A program made the translations under genes and the position numbers. A model generated the notes under the pieces. It ran no database searches and was not told where the DNA came from. It saw nothing but the letters and a program-made list of their open reading frames with translations. A DNA stretch of 64,000 bases from Candidatus Daviesbacteria bacterium (lineage in GTDB: Bacteria; Patescibacteriota; Microgenomatia; Daviesbacterales; UBA10151): assembly GCA_016186955.1 (NCBI GenBank), contig JACPKP010000002.1, forward strand, positions 5,566-69,565, read 5' to 3'. Of the stretch, positions 9,936-19,665 are shown in pieces; the stretch's first letter is position 1, and each line of letters starts with the position of its first letter.

Positions 9936-12083
9936 TTATCGTGTAGTAGTACCAAGTTGTGAAGCATTTCCATCACCTTGACCATCAAAATACTCCTCTG
10001 CATTTCTGATTAATACATCCCTGGGTTTTGACCCTTCACCGTGACCAATAATACCAGCGCCTTCAAGCTCATCTATGATCCTGGCAGCCCTGGCGTATCC
10101 CACTTTAAGCCTTCTTTGCAAAAGCGAGGCTGAAGCACGGTCGTACTGACAGACAGTCCTTAAAGCTTCTTCAAACAACTCATCCTGCCCGTCCCCGCCT
10201 GTATTGGCTCCCATCCCCCGGCCAATTCTGCCAATCGGCATCTCTGTCACTTCAGCGGTATATTGGGGCGCCACACCCAACTCTTTCAAATATTTCACCA
10301 GGTTATTGGTCTCAGCATCTGTCACCAAAACACCCTGTATACGCATTGGTTTTGCAGCATCAGGCGGTAAAAACAGCATATCCCCTCTTCCTAAAAGCTT
10401 TTCTGCACCGGGCTGGTCAATAATAACCCTTGAGTCGATCATTGATGAAACATTGAATGCAATCCTGCAGGGAATATTGGCCTTCATCAAACCTGTTATA
10501 ACATCCACCGAAGGCCGTTGTGTTGCCAATATTAGATGTATACCTGTTGCCCTGGCAAGCTGGGCTAAACGGGTAATTGCATCTTCAATTTCAACAGGGG
10601 CAAACATCATCAGGTCTGCCAACTCATCAATGAAGATGGCAATATAAGGCAGAACCTGAAACCCGCTCATTTCGTTGTACCCTGCAATATTCCGCACTCC
10701 AACAGACTGGAAAAGCTTATATCGCCTATCCATCTCCGCCATCGCCCATTTTAGGGCAGACAATATTTTTTCCGGTTCAACTATCACCGGCGCCAGCAGG
10801 TGCGGAATACCATTGTATTGTGTCAACTCCACCCGCTTGGGGTCAATCAAGATTAATTTCATCTCTGCAGGAGAGTTGCGGAACAGCAGGGCGGTAATCC
10901 ACTGGTGGATCAAAATGGATTTTCCGGAGCCGGTTGTACCTGCTACTAAAACATGGGGCATCCTGTCAATATCAACCGTAACCGGATTTGAACCGGTGTC
11001 TTTCCCCAAAGTCACAGCCAGTTTTGACTTATTTTTCTTCATCTCTTCTGAAGCCAAAACAGACTTTAATGTCACTATCTCCAGGGTATGGTTGGGTACT
11101 TCAATCCCTACCAATGATTTACCGGGGATAGGGGCCTCAATCCTGACCGTCCCTGTCCTGGTCGCCAGAGACAAAGCAATATCATGCTGCAAATTGGCAA
11201 TTTTGGCAATTTTGGTGCCAGATGCAATCTCAAGGGCGTATTGGGTGACGGCCGGTCCGCCGTTTACTTCAGCAACTCTTGCCTGGATCCCGAAAGAATC
11301 CAGGGTTTTTTCTATAATGGCTGCGTTTCTCTTAACATCACCCCTGTTGGCAGGAGCGCCGCCTTTATCGGATAACAAATTATACGGGGGGTATCTCCAA
11401 ACCCGTGTTTGGCCTGCCATATTGGCAACCAAGGTGTCTGCCATAACATTCTCCTTTGGTGTTTTTTCAACCGGCTTATATTTTGACCTTTGGTCTTCAA
11501 TTCCGGAAACCTTTAGCGCGCCTTTTACTTCAAACGTTTCCTTTCTTCTGATCACTCCAAAAATTTTTCCCATGAATTTTCCAAGCGCTGCCAGTGATGC
11601 AAAAACTTGAGTAATAAAGTGCAGCGCCTGGGTCAGGTTAGTATTGAGAAAAACAACAAACCCGACTAAAAAAATTCCCAGCAGAAAAACCAACGCACCC
11701 GGGGCAGTCAGCAGGTTTTTTAATTCCTCCCAAACTGTCTGGCCCAAAACCCCGCCGGCCTGAATGCTAAAAATAGCAAAGACCCCCATTAAAGATACCA
11801 TCATGGTGACAAGCCCCAATAAAACATTTGTTTGTGCAAACTGCCACCTGACTCTTTGCAGCACCAGCGAGCAAAGCAGGAAAACTACCGGGGCAAGGAA
11901 TGCCATCAACCCTAAATTGGATATCAAAAATTCCCGCCAAAACGACAGGGCAGAAGCACGGGTTATAAAGGATACTGCTGAAAGGCCTGCCAGGACCAGG
12001 GAGATTATTGAGCCAACAGCCACAACTGTTTTTTGGCGGAGTTTGAGTTTGGGTATCGAGTAGATAGATCTTCGTCTAGGCAT
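9936..12083 (-). CDS. ftsK: DNA translocase FtsK/SpoIIIE
   Basis: N-terminal TMs, PHVLVAGTTGSGKS, DELADLM, LATQRPSVDVITG, gamma domain ASASLLQRRLKVGYARAARIID. Start placed at MPRRR because the upstream extension is a heptamer repeat element. Confidence 0.95.
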   Translation of the reverse strand: MPRRRSIYSIPKLKLRQKTVVAVGSIISLVLAGLSAVSFITRASALSFWREFLISNLGLMAFLAPVVFLLCSLVLQRVRWQFAQTNVLLGLVTMMVSLMGVFAIFSIQAGGVLGQTVWEELKNLLTAPGALVFLLGIFLVGFVVFLNTNLTQALHFITQVFASLAALGKFMGKIFGVIRRKETFEVKGALKVSGIEDQRSKYKPVEKTPKENVMADTLVANMAGQTRVWRYPPYNLLSDKGGAPANRGDVKRNAAIIEKTLDSFGIQARVAEVNGGPAVTQYALEIASGTKIAKIANLQHDIALSLATRTGTVRIEAPIPGKSLVGIEVPNHTLEIVTLKSVLASEEMKKNKSKLAVTLGKDTGSNPVTVDIDRMPHVLVAGTTGSGKSILIHQWITALLFRNSPAEMKLILIDPKRVELTQYNGIPHLLAPVIVEPEKILSALKWAMAEMDRRYKLFQSVGVRNIAGYNEMSGFQVLPYIAIFIDELADLMMFAPVEIEDAITRLAQLARATGIHLILATQRPSVDVITGLMKANIPCRIAFNVSSMIDSRVIIDQPGAEKLLGRGDMLFLPPDAAKPMRIQGVLVTDAETNNLVKYLKELGVAPQYTAEVTEMPIGRIGRGMGANTGGDGQDELFEEALRTVCQYDRASASLLQRRLKVGYARAARIIDELEGAGIIGHGEGSKPRDVLIRNAEEYFDGQGDGNASQLGTTTR

Positions 12084-12084
12084 T

Positions 12085-12205
12085 TTAAAAAATTCGAAAT
12101 ACGAAATACGAAACAAATTCAAATATTTAATTTGCAAATAAATTAAAATTTTTGAATTTAGAATTTAATCATAGTTTCGAGTTTCGATATTCAAATTTCG
12201 TAATT
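12085..12205. repeat. Heptamer-based inverted repeat element (CGAAATA-type units ... TTTCG units)
   Basis: aaattcgaaatacgaaatacgaaacaaattc...gtttcgagtttcgatattcaaatttcgtaatt. Confidence 0.7.
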
Positions 12206-12236
12206 ATATACTAATTATACCATACCCACTATGGGC

Positions 12237-13961
12237 TTAAACCTCCACCACTGTCGTTAAAATAAGCGGGCTTCTTTTGGTTTCCCCATAGAAAAACTTT
12301 TCCAGCTGCTCCTCAATCTGATGCCTGGTATAACGCCAGTCGATGGGAGCTTCACCCCTGCCTTTAAGACAGTTCCTGGCAATGCTTTTAGCCTTTTCAA
12401 TCAACTCCTCTGATTCCTGTTCAAATACAAAACCTCTAGTTATAATATCCGGTTCGCCAGCCACCTGACCGCTTTGCTGCTCAACCGGCACTATGACCAC
12501 AACCACCCCTTCTTCACTCATCACCTGCCTGTCGCGCAATACAATACTGCCCACATCCCCCACCCCTAAACCGTCAACATAAACATTGGATACCGGAATA
12601 AAACCCTCCATTTTGACATTATCTCTCCTGATATTAATAACCTGTCCATCCTGGGCCATTAAAACCTGGTCTTCCCGGTAACCCATACCCTGGGCCATCC
12701 TTGAGAAAGATTTCATATGCCTGAAGGTTCCCCCAATTGGCAGGATATATTTTGGTTTGGCCAAATTTACCATCAATTTTAACTCTTCTGCGGCTGCATG
12801 GCCTGATACATGTAAATCCGAGAGCATGGCGGAATAATAAACATCACACCCGAGTTTGGTAAGTGTATCTATCAAGGCGCTTTGTGCTGACTCAGTGCTG
12901 GGTATCGGGTCAGCGCTGAAAACTACTGAATCTTTTTTACGGAGAGTGACAAATTTATGGTCACTATTGGCAGCCCGGGACAGGGCAGAACCTGGTTGCC
13001 CCTGCGAGCCTGCAATAAGCACCATCAACTTATTATCATGGAAGCGTTTTATTTCTTCCTGAGCTATTACCAAACCCGGCGGTACATCAAGATAACCTAA
13101 ATCCCTTGCCACCTGGAAATTATTTTCCACAGACCTACCTGCTAAAGCTAATCTGCGGCCTGACTTGACACAAACATTGATCGCCTGTTGGATCCTGGTA
13201 ACGTTGGATGATGTCATTGTGATCAATACTTTCCCCTCTGTCTCTTTCTCTACGGAGGCAAAAGTATTCTCAATGGTTTTCTCCGATAGTGTATAACCCT
13301 GTTTCTCCACCCTGAGGCAATCAATGGCCATAAACACCACACCGCTCTCTCCCACCCTTGCCACACTGCCAACATCAGTTACCTGGCCGTTGACAGGGGT
13401 CCAGTCCATTTTAAAATCAGCCTGATGGATAATAGTCCCGACCGGAGTTGATAAAACAATCCCTGTAGAATCCGGTATGGAATGAGAAACCTGATAGAAT
13501 GAAGCGCTAAAAACTCCCAACTGCAGTTTATCTTTTAAACCCACTACCCTGATTTTATCCTTCGGCAGCCTATGTTCGGTAAATTTTGCCCTGATCATGC
13601 CACAAGTCAGTTTCTGTGAATAAATAGGCACCTCACCAAGCTGGGGCCAGATGTATGGCAGACTGCCTATATGGTCATCATGCGCATGGGTTATTAAAAT
13701 CCCCCGTATTTTATGCTTTTTATCTTTTAAATAGGTGATATCCGGGATAACCAAGTCTATCCCAAGCATGCCTTCGTCAGGAAAACCAACTCCGCAATCA
13801 ATGATAACAATATCATTCTCGTATTCATAAACATACATATTTTTAGTAACATCACCCACCCCACCAAGCGGTATTAACTTTAAAATTTTGTTGCCGGAAA
13901 AAGCCGGTGTACCCTTGACCGGTCCATTAAATTGTTTGGGCCTGAAACTTTTTATTTTCAT
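12237..13961 (-). CDS. rnj: Ribonuclease J
   Basis: PLGGVGDVTKNM, ITHAHDDHIG, DFKMD, HVSGH, RDRQVMSEEG. Confidence 0.95.
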   Translation of the reverse strand: MKIKSFRPKQFNGPVKGTPAFSGNKILKLIPLGGVGDVTKNMYVYEYENDIVIIDCGVGFPDEGMLGIDLVIPDITYLKDKKHKIRGILITHAHDDHIGSLPYIWPQLGEVPIYSQKLTCGMIRAKFTEHRLPKDKIRVVGLKDKLQLGVFSASFYQVSHSIPDSTGIVLSTPVGTIIHQADFKMDWTPVNGQVTDVGSVARVGESGVVFMAIDCLRVEKQGYTLSEKTIENTFASVEKETEGKVLITMTSSNVTRIQQAINVCVKSGRRLALAGRSVENNFQVARDLGYLDVPPGLVIAQEEIKRFHDNKLMVLIAGSQGQPGSALSRAANSDHKFVTLRKKDSVVFSADPIPSTESAQSALIDTLTKLGCDVYYSAMLSDLHVSGHAAAEELKLMVNLAKPKYILPIGGTFRHMKSFSRMAQGMGYREDQVLMAQDGQVINIRRDNVKMEGFIPVSNVYVDGLGVGDVGSIVLRDRQVMSEEGVVVVIVPVEQQSGQVAGEPDIITRGFVFEQESEELIEKAKSIARNCLKGRGEAPIDWRYTRHQIEEQLEKFFYGETKRSPLILTTVVEV

Positions 13962-14995
13962 AGTGATAAATACTCGCCTAAATTAGCGCTGTTAACAATA
14001 AAAGGGCCTCTTTGGCCCTCTACTATTTTTTTTGCTAATTTACGCACTAGCGCGTCTATATTCCTGCCCAAAGACCTGATTCCTCCGTCAAATCCCAACG
14101 GACGTACAATTGCCGGCCATGTTTGAGGGTCAACTTGTATCAGCTTACCGTCTATACCTGAACGGTCAAGCGCCTGCGGTAAAAGATATTCCCTGCCAAT
14201 GGTTATTTTTTGCTCATCCGAATAAAACGGCATCTCTAAAACTTCAATCCTGTCCATTACAGCTGTGGCAATATTGCCTATATTGTTGGCTGTCGCTATA
14301 AAAAGCACCTGGGATAGGTTAAAAGGAAAGCCAACATAATGGTCAAAAAAAGCCATATTTTGTTCAGGGTCTAACAGTTCAACCAGGACTCCCATAATAT
14401 CATTCCTGGCCTCCTCAGTTACCCTATCTAACTCATCCAGTAAAATAACCGGGTTTAAAACCCCTGCCCTTTTTAGGGATTTCATAATCAATCCGGGTTC
14501 AGCTTCCGCTTTAATCCTTGACTCACCCCTCAGCTGCAACGCGCTCCCTAACCCTCCAAAAGGTATCCTGATAATCGGCCTGCCTAAACTTTCCGCTATT
14601 GAAAAAGCCAGTGAAGTTTTGCCTGATCCTACCAACCCGACAAACCCCAATATTGGCTCTCTCGGTAATTGCCCTTTTTGTTTATTTAAAATCAATACTG
14701 ATAAATATTCAAGTATCCGCTCTTTAATGGGCTCGAGGCCATAGTGGTTTTTATCCAATATTTGTTTGGCCCTTTGCAGGTCAAGGATATCCTGGACGCT
14801 TTTTTCCCAGGGAAGGTCACAGATAAAGTTTATATAATTTATCGTCCTGTCTGTTTCAGGACCAAATTGGTTTGCCCGTAAGCTGATGTCAACATGCGAT
14901 AATTCATCCTGTAATCTCCCCAGTACGTCTTGCGGCAGTTGTGATGTTGAAATTCTCTGTTTTAATTTCCCTATTAAATCATTATTGTTTACCAT
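13958..14995 (-). CDS. Lon-family AAA+ ATPase module without a protease domain
   Basis: LPWEK, LDKNHYGLEPIKERILEYL, GLVGSGKTS, NPVILLDELD, LLDPEQN, FIATAN; 345 aa. Confidence 0.85.
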   Translation of the reverse strand: MVNNNDLIGKLKQRISTSQLPQDVLGRLQDELSHVDISLRANQFGPETDRTINYINFICDLPWEKSVQDILDLQRAKQILDKNHYGLEPIKERILEYLSVLILNKQKGQLPREPILGFVGLVGSGKTSLAFSIAESLGRPIIRIPFGGLGSALQLRGESRIKAEAEPGLIMKSLKRAGVLNPVILLDELDRVTEEARNDIMGVLVELLDPEQNMAFFDHYVGFPFNLSQVLFIATANNIGNIATAVMDRIEVLEMPFYSDEQKITIGREYLLPQALDRSGIDGKLIQVDPQTWPAIVRPLGFDGGIRSLGRNIDALVRKLAKKIVEGQRGPFIVNSANLGEYLSL

Positions 14996-15068
14996 TCACC
15001 CTTTTAGTATATCTTACCCTATGGAGAAAAAATATCCCATGATACTCAAGTGGAGTCAATTGCTTCTT

Positions 15069-17465
15069 TCATCTACCAAAATCCCTGCGGCCCGGCCTGC
15101 CTCTTGTAGAACCTCTGGGGCTAAACCCTCTGTCATTTCCTCCAAAGCCGCCTCTGCCTCTATCCCGGAATCCGCTTCCTCCGGGTCTGCCGCCACCAAA
15201 ACCTCTCCTTTGGAAACCTCCTGCCGGACGGCCGCCGCCTCCTGAATACCCGCTTCCTTCCCCTCGCCCCACTGAAGACCCATCGAAGCGGCCAAAACCG
15301 GAGGAGCGTGAAGGCCTGCCTTCAGATTCTACCTTCCGGTCATCACCAAACAACATTGAAAGGGCAATTTTCCCTTGCGGGTCAACATCAGTCACGCGCA
15401 CATGTACAACCTGCCCTTCTGACACTATATCCTCAGGCCGTTCCACCCGCCCCGGCGCCATCTGTGAAACATGGACCAAACCGTCTTTGCCGGGTAAAAT
15501 TTCAACAAAAGCCCCGAACGGTGCAATCCTGACAACTTTACCATCGAATTCTTCTCCGGGTTTGACTTCTTTAAACATGCCTTCAACAGCTTCCATGGCT
15601 TTTGCGATAGACTCTTCATCCGTAGAGGAGATCATCACAGTTCCGTCATCCTCGATATCAATTTGCGCCCCTGTTTTGGCAATAATCCCGTTAATATTTT
15701 TACCTCCGGGACCGATCAACATGCCAATCTCTTCAGGTTTGATATGGGTTATCTTAATTTTAGGGGCGTACACACTAATCTTGATTTCTTTTGGCATCAC
15801 TTGAGCCATTCTTTCCAAAATAAACTCCCTGGCAGCTTTACCCTGACGCAGCGCTTCTTTGATAATGTCAAAGGTTAACCCATGTAATTTTGTGTCCATC
15901 TGGATACCGGTAATCCCGTTTTTGGTGCCGGCCACTTTAAAATCCATCTCCCCGTAAAAATCTTCCACCGCCTGCATATCCGTTATAACCTGAAATCCCT
16001 GTCCTGAGCCTTTTTTAATATTATGATCTGTTATAAGACCCATGGCGATACCTGCCACCGGTTCTACAGGCACACCCGCATCTAGCATTGCCAAAGTTGA
16101 GGCGCAAATTGCAGCTTGCGAGGTAGAGGCGTTAGCCCCCAAAACTTCCGAAACTACCCTGATTGCATAAGGAAAATCCTGGATTGAAGGGATCACACTC
16201 TCTAAAGATATCTCCCCTAAATTACCGTGGCCGATATCACGCCTGTTGGGCGAACCAATCCTTTTAACCTCTCCCGATGCAAAAGGATTAATACTCATAT
16301 TGTAATAATGCATAAAACGCTTGGAGCTTTCACCCTCCATACCTTCAAGGGTTTGGCCGACAGAGAGCGGGCCCAGTGTGGCAACTGAAAGCAGCTGGGA
16401 TCCTCCACGCTGGAACAGTGCGCTGCCATGAGCTCTCGGCAGAATGCCTATCTCCATATTAATCTCCCGTACCTCTTCCATACCTCTCCCGTCTACCCTT
16501 TTGCTTTTATTTAAGATTGTATCGTTCATTATCTCTTTGGCAACTTTGTCAAAAACCGCAACGACCTGGATCGCTGTCAATGTATCTGCATGCAGGGCGA
16601 TGATTTCGTCTTTGATGATATCACCGGTTAAGTCATGCCAGGTTTTATCTTTATCAAACAGGGCTGCTTCAATCCTCTCTTTGATATCTTTCCTAACCTG
16701 GGTCAAGAGCTTAACATCAATTTCTTCGGCTACATTAACAAATGTCTGTTTTTCTTTTCCTGCAGCTTTGGCAAATTCTGAAATTAAATCAATTACCGGC
16801 TGGGAAGCTGTATGGGCTTTCTTGATAGCATCAAATATAACCTCCTCTTTAACCTGTTTAGCCTCAGCTTCAATCATTGTTACCAGGTCTTTGCCGGAGG
16901 CAACCAACAGGTTAAAATTCAGGTTTTCAAAATCACTCAAATTCGGGTTAATCACAACCTCTCCATTGAGTTCTCCCACCCTTGTTAAACTGATCGGACC
17001 TGCCCAAGGCACGGAAGAGATGGACAACGCTGCAGCAGTACCGATCAACCCCAACTCAACAGGGTCGTTGATACCATCATAAGATAACACTGTGACAATA
17101 ACCTGGACTTCATCCCTGAAGTCTTTGGGGAAAAGCGGCCTGATGGAACGGTCAATGGCCCGGCCTGACAAGATTGATTTTTCAGACGGCCTGCCTTCTC
17201 TTTTGATAAATTTTTGAGGAGTAATACGCCCTGAGGCATAGTGTTTTTCCACATATTCTACAGAAAGCGGGAAATAGCCCGGATCCTCAGTGATAGGCTG
17301 GGTTGAAACCGTAGCCAATACTACTGTTTCACCCCATGTAGCCAAAACAGCAGCATCAGCCTGCAAAGCAAACTTGCCTGTTTCAAGTTTAAGAGTACGG
17401 CCGTTTAAGTCCATCTCCTTAGTAATAAACGAAGTTTTCTGCTTCGCAGTAACTTTATCTTTCAT
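15069..17465 (-). CDS. pnp: Polyribonucleotide nucleotidyltransferase
   Basis: FPLSVEY, KREGRPS, RRDIGHG, DFKVAGT, KH (IGPGGKNI) and S1 domains, Gly/Arg-rich tail. Confidence 0.97.
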   Translation of the reverse strand: MKDKVTAKQKTSFITKEMDLNGRTLKLETGKFALQADAAVLATWGETVVLATVSTQPITEDPGYFPLSVEYVEKHYASGRITPQKFIKREGRPSEKSILSGRAIDRSIRPLFPKDFRDEVQVIVTVLSYDGINDPVELGLIGTAAALSISSVPWAGPISLTRVGELNGEVVINPNLSDFENLNFNLLVASGKDLVTMIEAEAKQVKEEVIFDAIKKAHTASQPVIDLISEFAKAAGKEKQTFVNVAEEIDVKLLTQVRKDIKERIEAALFDKDKTWHDLTGDIIKDEIIALHADTLTAIQVVAVFDKVAKEIMNDTILNKSKRVDGRGMEEVREINMEIGILPRAHGSALFQRGGSQLLSVATLGPLSVGQTLEGMEGESSKRFMHYYNMSINPFASGEVKRIGSPNRRDIGHGNLGEISLESVIPSIQDFPYAIRVVSEVLGANASTSQAAICASTLAMLDAGVPVEPVAGIAMGLITDHNIKKGSGQGFQVITDMQAVEDFYGEMDFKVAGTKNGITGIQMDTKLHGLTFDIIKEALRQGKAAREFILERMAQVMPKEIKISVYAPKIKITHIKPEEIGMLIGPGGKNINGIIAKTGAQIDIEDDGTVMISSTDEESIAKAMEAVEGMFKEVKPGEEFDGKVVRIAPFGAFVEILPGKDGLVHVSQMAPGRVERPEDIVSEGQVVHVRVTDVDPQGKIALSMLFGDDRKVESEGRPSRSSGFGRFDGSSVGRGEGSGYSGGGGRPAGGFQRRGFGGGRPGGSGFRDRGRGGFGGNDRGFSPRGSTRGRPGRRDFGR

Positions 17466-17486
17466 AAGAGAGTTTACTCATCTTTC

Positions 17487-17534
17487 ATAAATAGTTCATG
17501 AAAAAACAAAACATATCTTCTATGAACTATTCAC
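17487..17534 (-). promoter_or_regulatory. Long hairpin in the pnp leader, candidate RNase III site
   Basis: GTGAATAGTTCAT...ATGAACTATTTAT stem extended by G-U pairs, about 20 nt upstream of pnp. Confidence 0.45.
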
Positions 17535-17669
17535 TAAGAACCAATAACTGATTCTTGGGTGTTTGGAAACTGTGGAAGAGAGAATTAGTCAAATACTAAC
17601 TGCCTCTTTGCAATCCCCAAACCACCTACTAAAAACAAGTATATCACAACCGATAGTGATGTGCAAGCG

Positions 17670-17939
17670 CTATCTTGCCAGACCCAACTTCTCTATAACC
17701 ATCTTATACCTATCCGCATCTTTTTTCAGCAGATATTGCAAAAGCCTTCTTCTTTTGTTCACCATCGAAAGTAACCCTCTTCTGGAATGGACATCATGGG
17801 TGTGTTCCTGTAAATGCTCTGTGAGGTTTTTGATCTGCTCCGTCAAAAGCGCTGCCTGGACTTCCGGGGAGCCTGTATCACCTTTGTGAGTGGCAAACTG
17901 GTCTATAATTTTTTGCTTGCTTTTCGGGTCAAGTGGCAT
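17670..17939 (-). CDS. rpsO: 30S ribosomal protein S15
   Basis: [14 protein letters not shown]...[20 protein letters not shown]. Confidence 0.98.
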   Translation of the reverse strand: MPLDPKSKQKIIDQFATHKGDTGSPEVQAALLTEQIKNLTEHLQEHTHDVHSRRGLLSMVNKRRRLLQYLLKKDADRYKMVIEKLGLAR

Positions 17940-18077
17940 CTTTACTTTCCGGACAACCTTGGTGCCAAAACGATGTCCTTATGTATTACTTTGGAATCTT
18001 ACCAGAAATTTGAAAATTATGCAAGGGTGCAGTTGACAAACTTGGCAGTTGAACCTATAATTCCGTTTTAGAAACTT

Positions 18078-19655
18078 ATGTTAAGAATTGAAGGCTTGGA
18101 AGCGGTAGAATATCTGGAGAAAGCCCGCGGGACTATCCACAAAGAGGATACGGTTTTCAACCTGCCCTATCTTTCTAAAATGCTGGAGCTTGAGGCTTTA
18201 TTCCTCCAAAGGACCATGCAAAGCGGCCTCCCGGAAATTGCAGGGATCGCCATTGATGCAACCGGGTTTCCGGAGATTAACGGGTGGCGGGCGGACCTGT
18301 CCAAAATAATGGAGCAGTTCAATAACTTGAGGGGGAAACGGGAGCTTGAGCTTAGACCATTCCGGCAGCAGCTGCTGAATGCCTCTCCTGACGGCATAAT
18401 CTCAGCAGGCGCTAACCTAGCTGTAAAGCTCACTGAGGATATTCCGCTGATCCAGGCTTTCAGCGGGACTGACGACACCTTCAAAAAGGCGGTAAGTTCA
18501 GAAAAAGAACCAGGTTTGCCATTTTCCAAAAAAACAAGTTTCCCCGGGCTGCTGTTTACTGCTACCCCTTCTGACCCCCATAGGCTCAACCAAGGCCTTC
18601 TCAAATATTCCAAAAGTCTGGAATATGCTTTTAAGCTGGTTCCTGTTTTTAGGGAAGAGACTGTTTTATTTTGTGCCGGAATTTATTCCGGCAGGGTTAA
18701 TTTTTTAAACCGGCTGGATAAAAATCAAGGCTTGGCAAGCCCTCTAAGTAAACCTGAACAGCCAAACACACCCCAATATCTACCAGACTATTCAACCGCT
18801 TTTGAAAAAAACGTGCTGGGCTATGAACAATCCATACAACATGCCCTGCTTAATTTTGATGCTGCCAGGTTCAGCAGCAGCCAGGTTGATCAATATCTTG
18901 ATGCCCTTGCCCAGCTAAATAAATTAATAGCCAAATCTAAAAAATTCATGGATGCTGCCTTAAATTGTGATTACCAGACCAAAGAGGAGATAAACAGTTC
19001 AATTTTGGAAATTGCCGGAAAGACAAACGATATTTACTCCTCTTTGGATAATGATGAGCTGAGGAGCAGCTTGCAGCTTGCCATGGGTGGAAGCCTGGAT
19101 GCAGCCTACGGGCAGCCTAAACCGGAGCTGCAGCCGGCTCAAAACCTTGCCTTAAGAGCTCCCCGCCCGGTAGATCAAAAAGAGAATTTAAAATACAGCG
19201 CCAGGCAAAGGCTCCGGGAAATTCTGGAGGAGGTAAAAAAAGAGCCTGCAAATGATAAAACATCCAAAACTCTGCTTGATAAAGCTTTAGAAAATTATGG
19301 TTTTATAGAAAGCCTGGTAAATGAACCCGCCTTCAAAAATTACATTAATTTTATCAACCATAACCATAAATTCCGGGTTGTGCTTGCAGGCGGAGGTTTA
19401 TGTCCTTGGAGAATAGACTTGGGCAGCAAGAGCATTTATGTCGAGGGCTGCGGCGGTAGAAAAATATTTGAACAGGGTAATTCAGAGTATATAACTCATT
19501 TTTTGACTGTCGGTCGATTTGGAGATCCTACGCTGCTGGTGAGTAGAGAAAACCTTCAGGATTGGTGGAACAAGGATGGTGATTACTGTTATGTAAATGC
19601 TTTAGGGAAGATAACAAAAGAAAAACTAGTCAAAACAATACTAAACAAGCTTTAG
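18078..19655 (+). CDS. Hypothetical protein (525 aa)
   Basis: Long ORF behind a consensus TTGACA-N17-TATAAT promoter. Confidence 0.7.
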   Translation: MLRIEGLEAVEYLEKARGTIHKEDTVFNLPYLSKMLELEALFLQRTMQSGLPEIAGIAIDATGFPEINGWRADLSKIMEQFNNLRGKRELELRPFRQQLLNASPDGIISAGANLAVKLTEDIPLIQAFSGTDDTFKKAVSSEKEPGLPFSKKTSFPGLLFTATPSDPHRLNQGLLKYSKSLEYAFKLVPVFREETVLFCAGIYSGRVNFLNRLDKNQGLASPLSKPEQPNTPQYLPDYSTAFEKNVLGYEQSIQHALLNFDAARFSSSQVDQYLDALAQLNKLIAKSKKFMDAALNCDYQTKEEINSSILEIAGKTNDIYSSLDNDELRSSLQLAMGGSLDAAYGQPKPELQPAQNLALRAPRPVDQKENLKYSARQRLREILEEVKKEPANDKTSKTLLDKALENYGFIESLVNEPAFKNYINFINHNHKFRVVLAGGGLCPWRIDLGSKSIYVEGCGGRKIFEQGNSEYITHFLTVGRFGDPTLLVSRENLQDWWNKDGDYCYVNALGKITKEKLVKTILNKL

Positions 19656-19665
19656 AAATTAAATA

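Noticed and set aside
10204-11610. Long plus-strand ORFs opposite ftsK (similar ones lie opposite pnp, infB, nusA and dnaK)
   Set aside because: Antisense shadows of conserved genes with no recognisable motifs.
12084-12137. N-terminal extension of FtsK (MQIKYLNLFRISYFEFFK)
   Set aside because: It is the translation of a heptamer repeat element; MPRRR is the likelier start.
15069-15320. GC-rich repetitive tail of pnp as a mobile insert
   Set aside because: It encodes an ordinary Gly/Arg-rich disordered tail, with no palindrome family evident.
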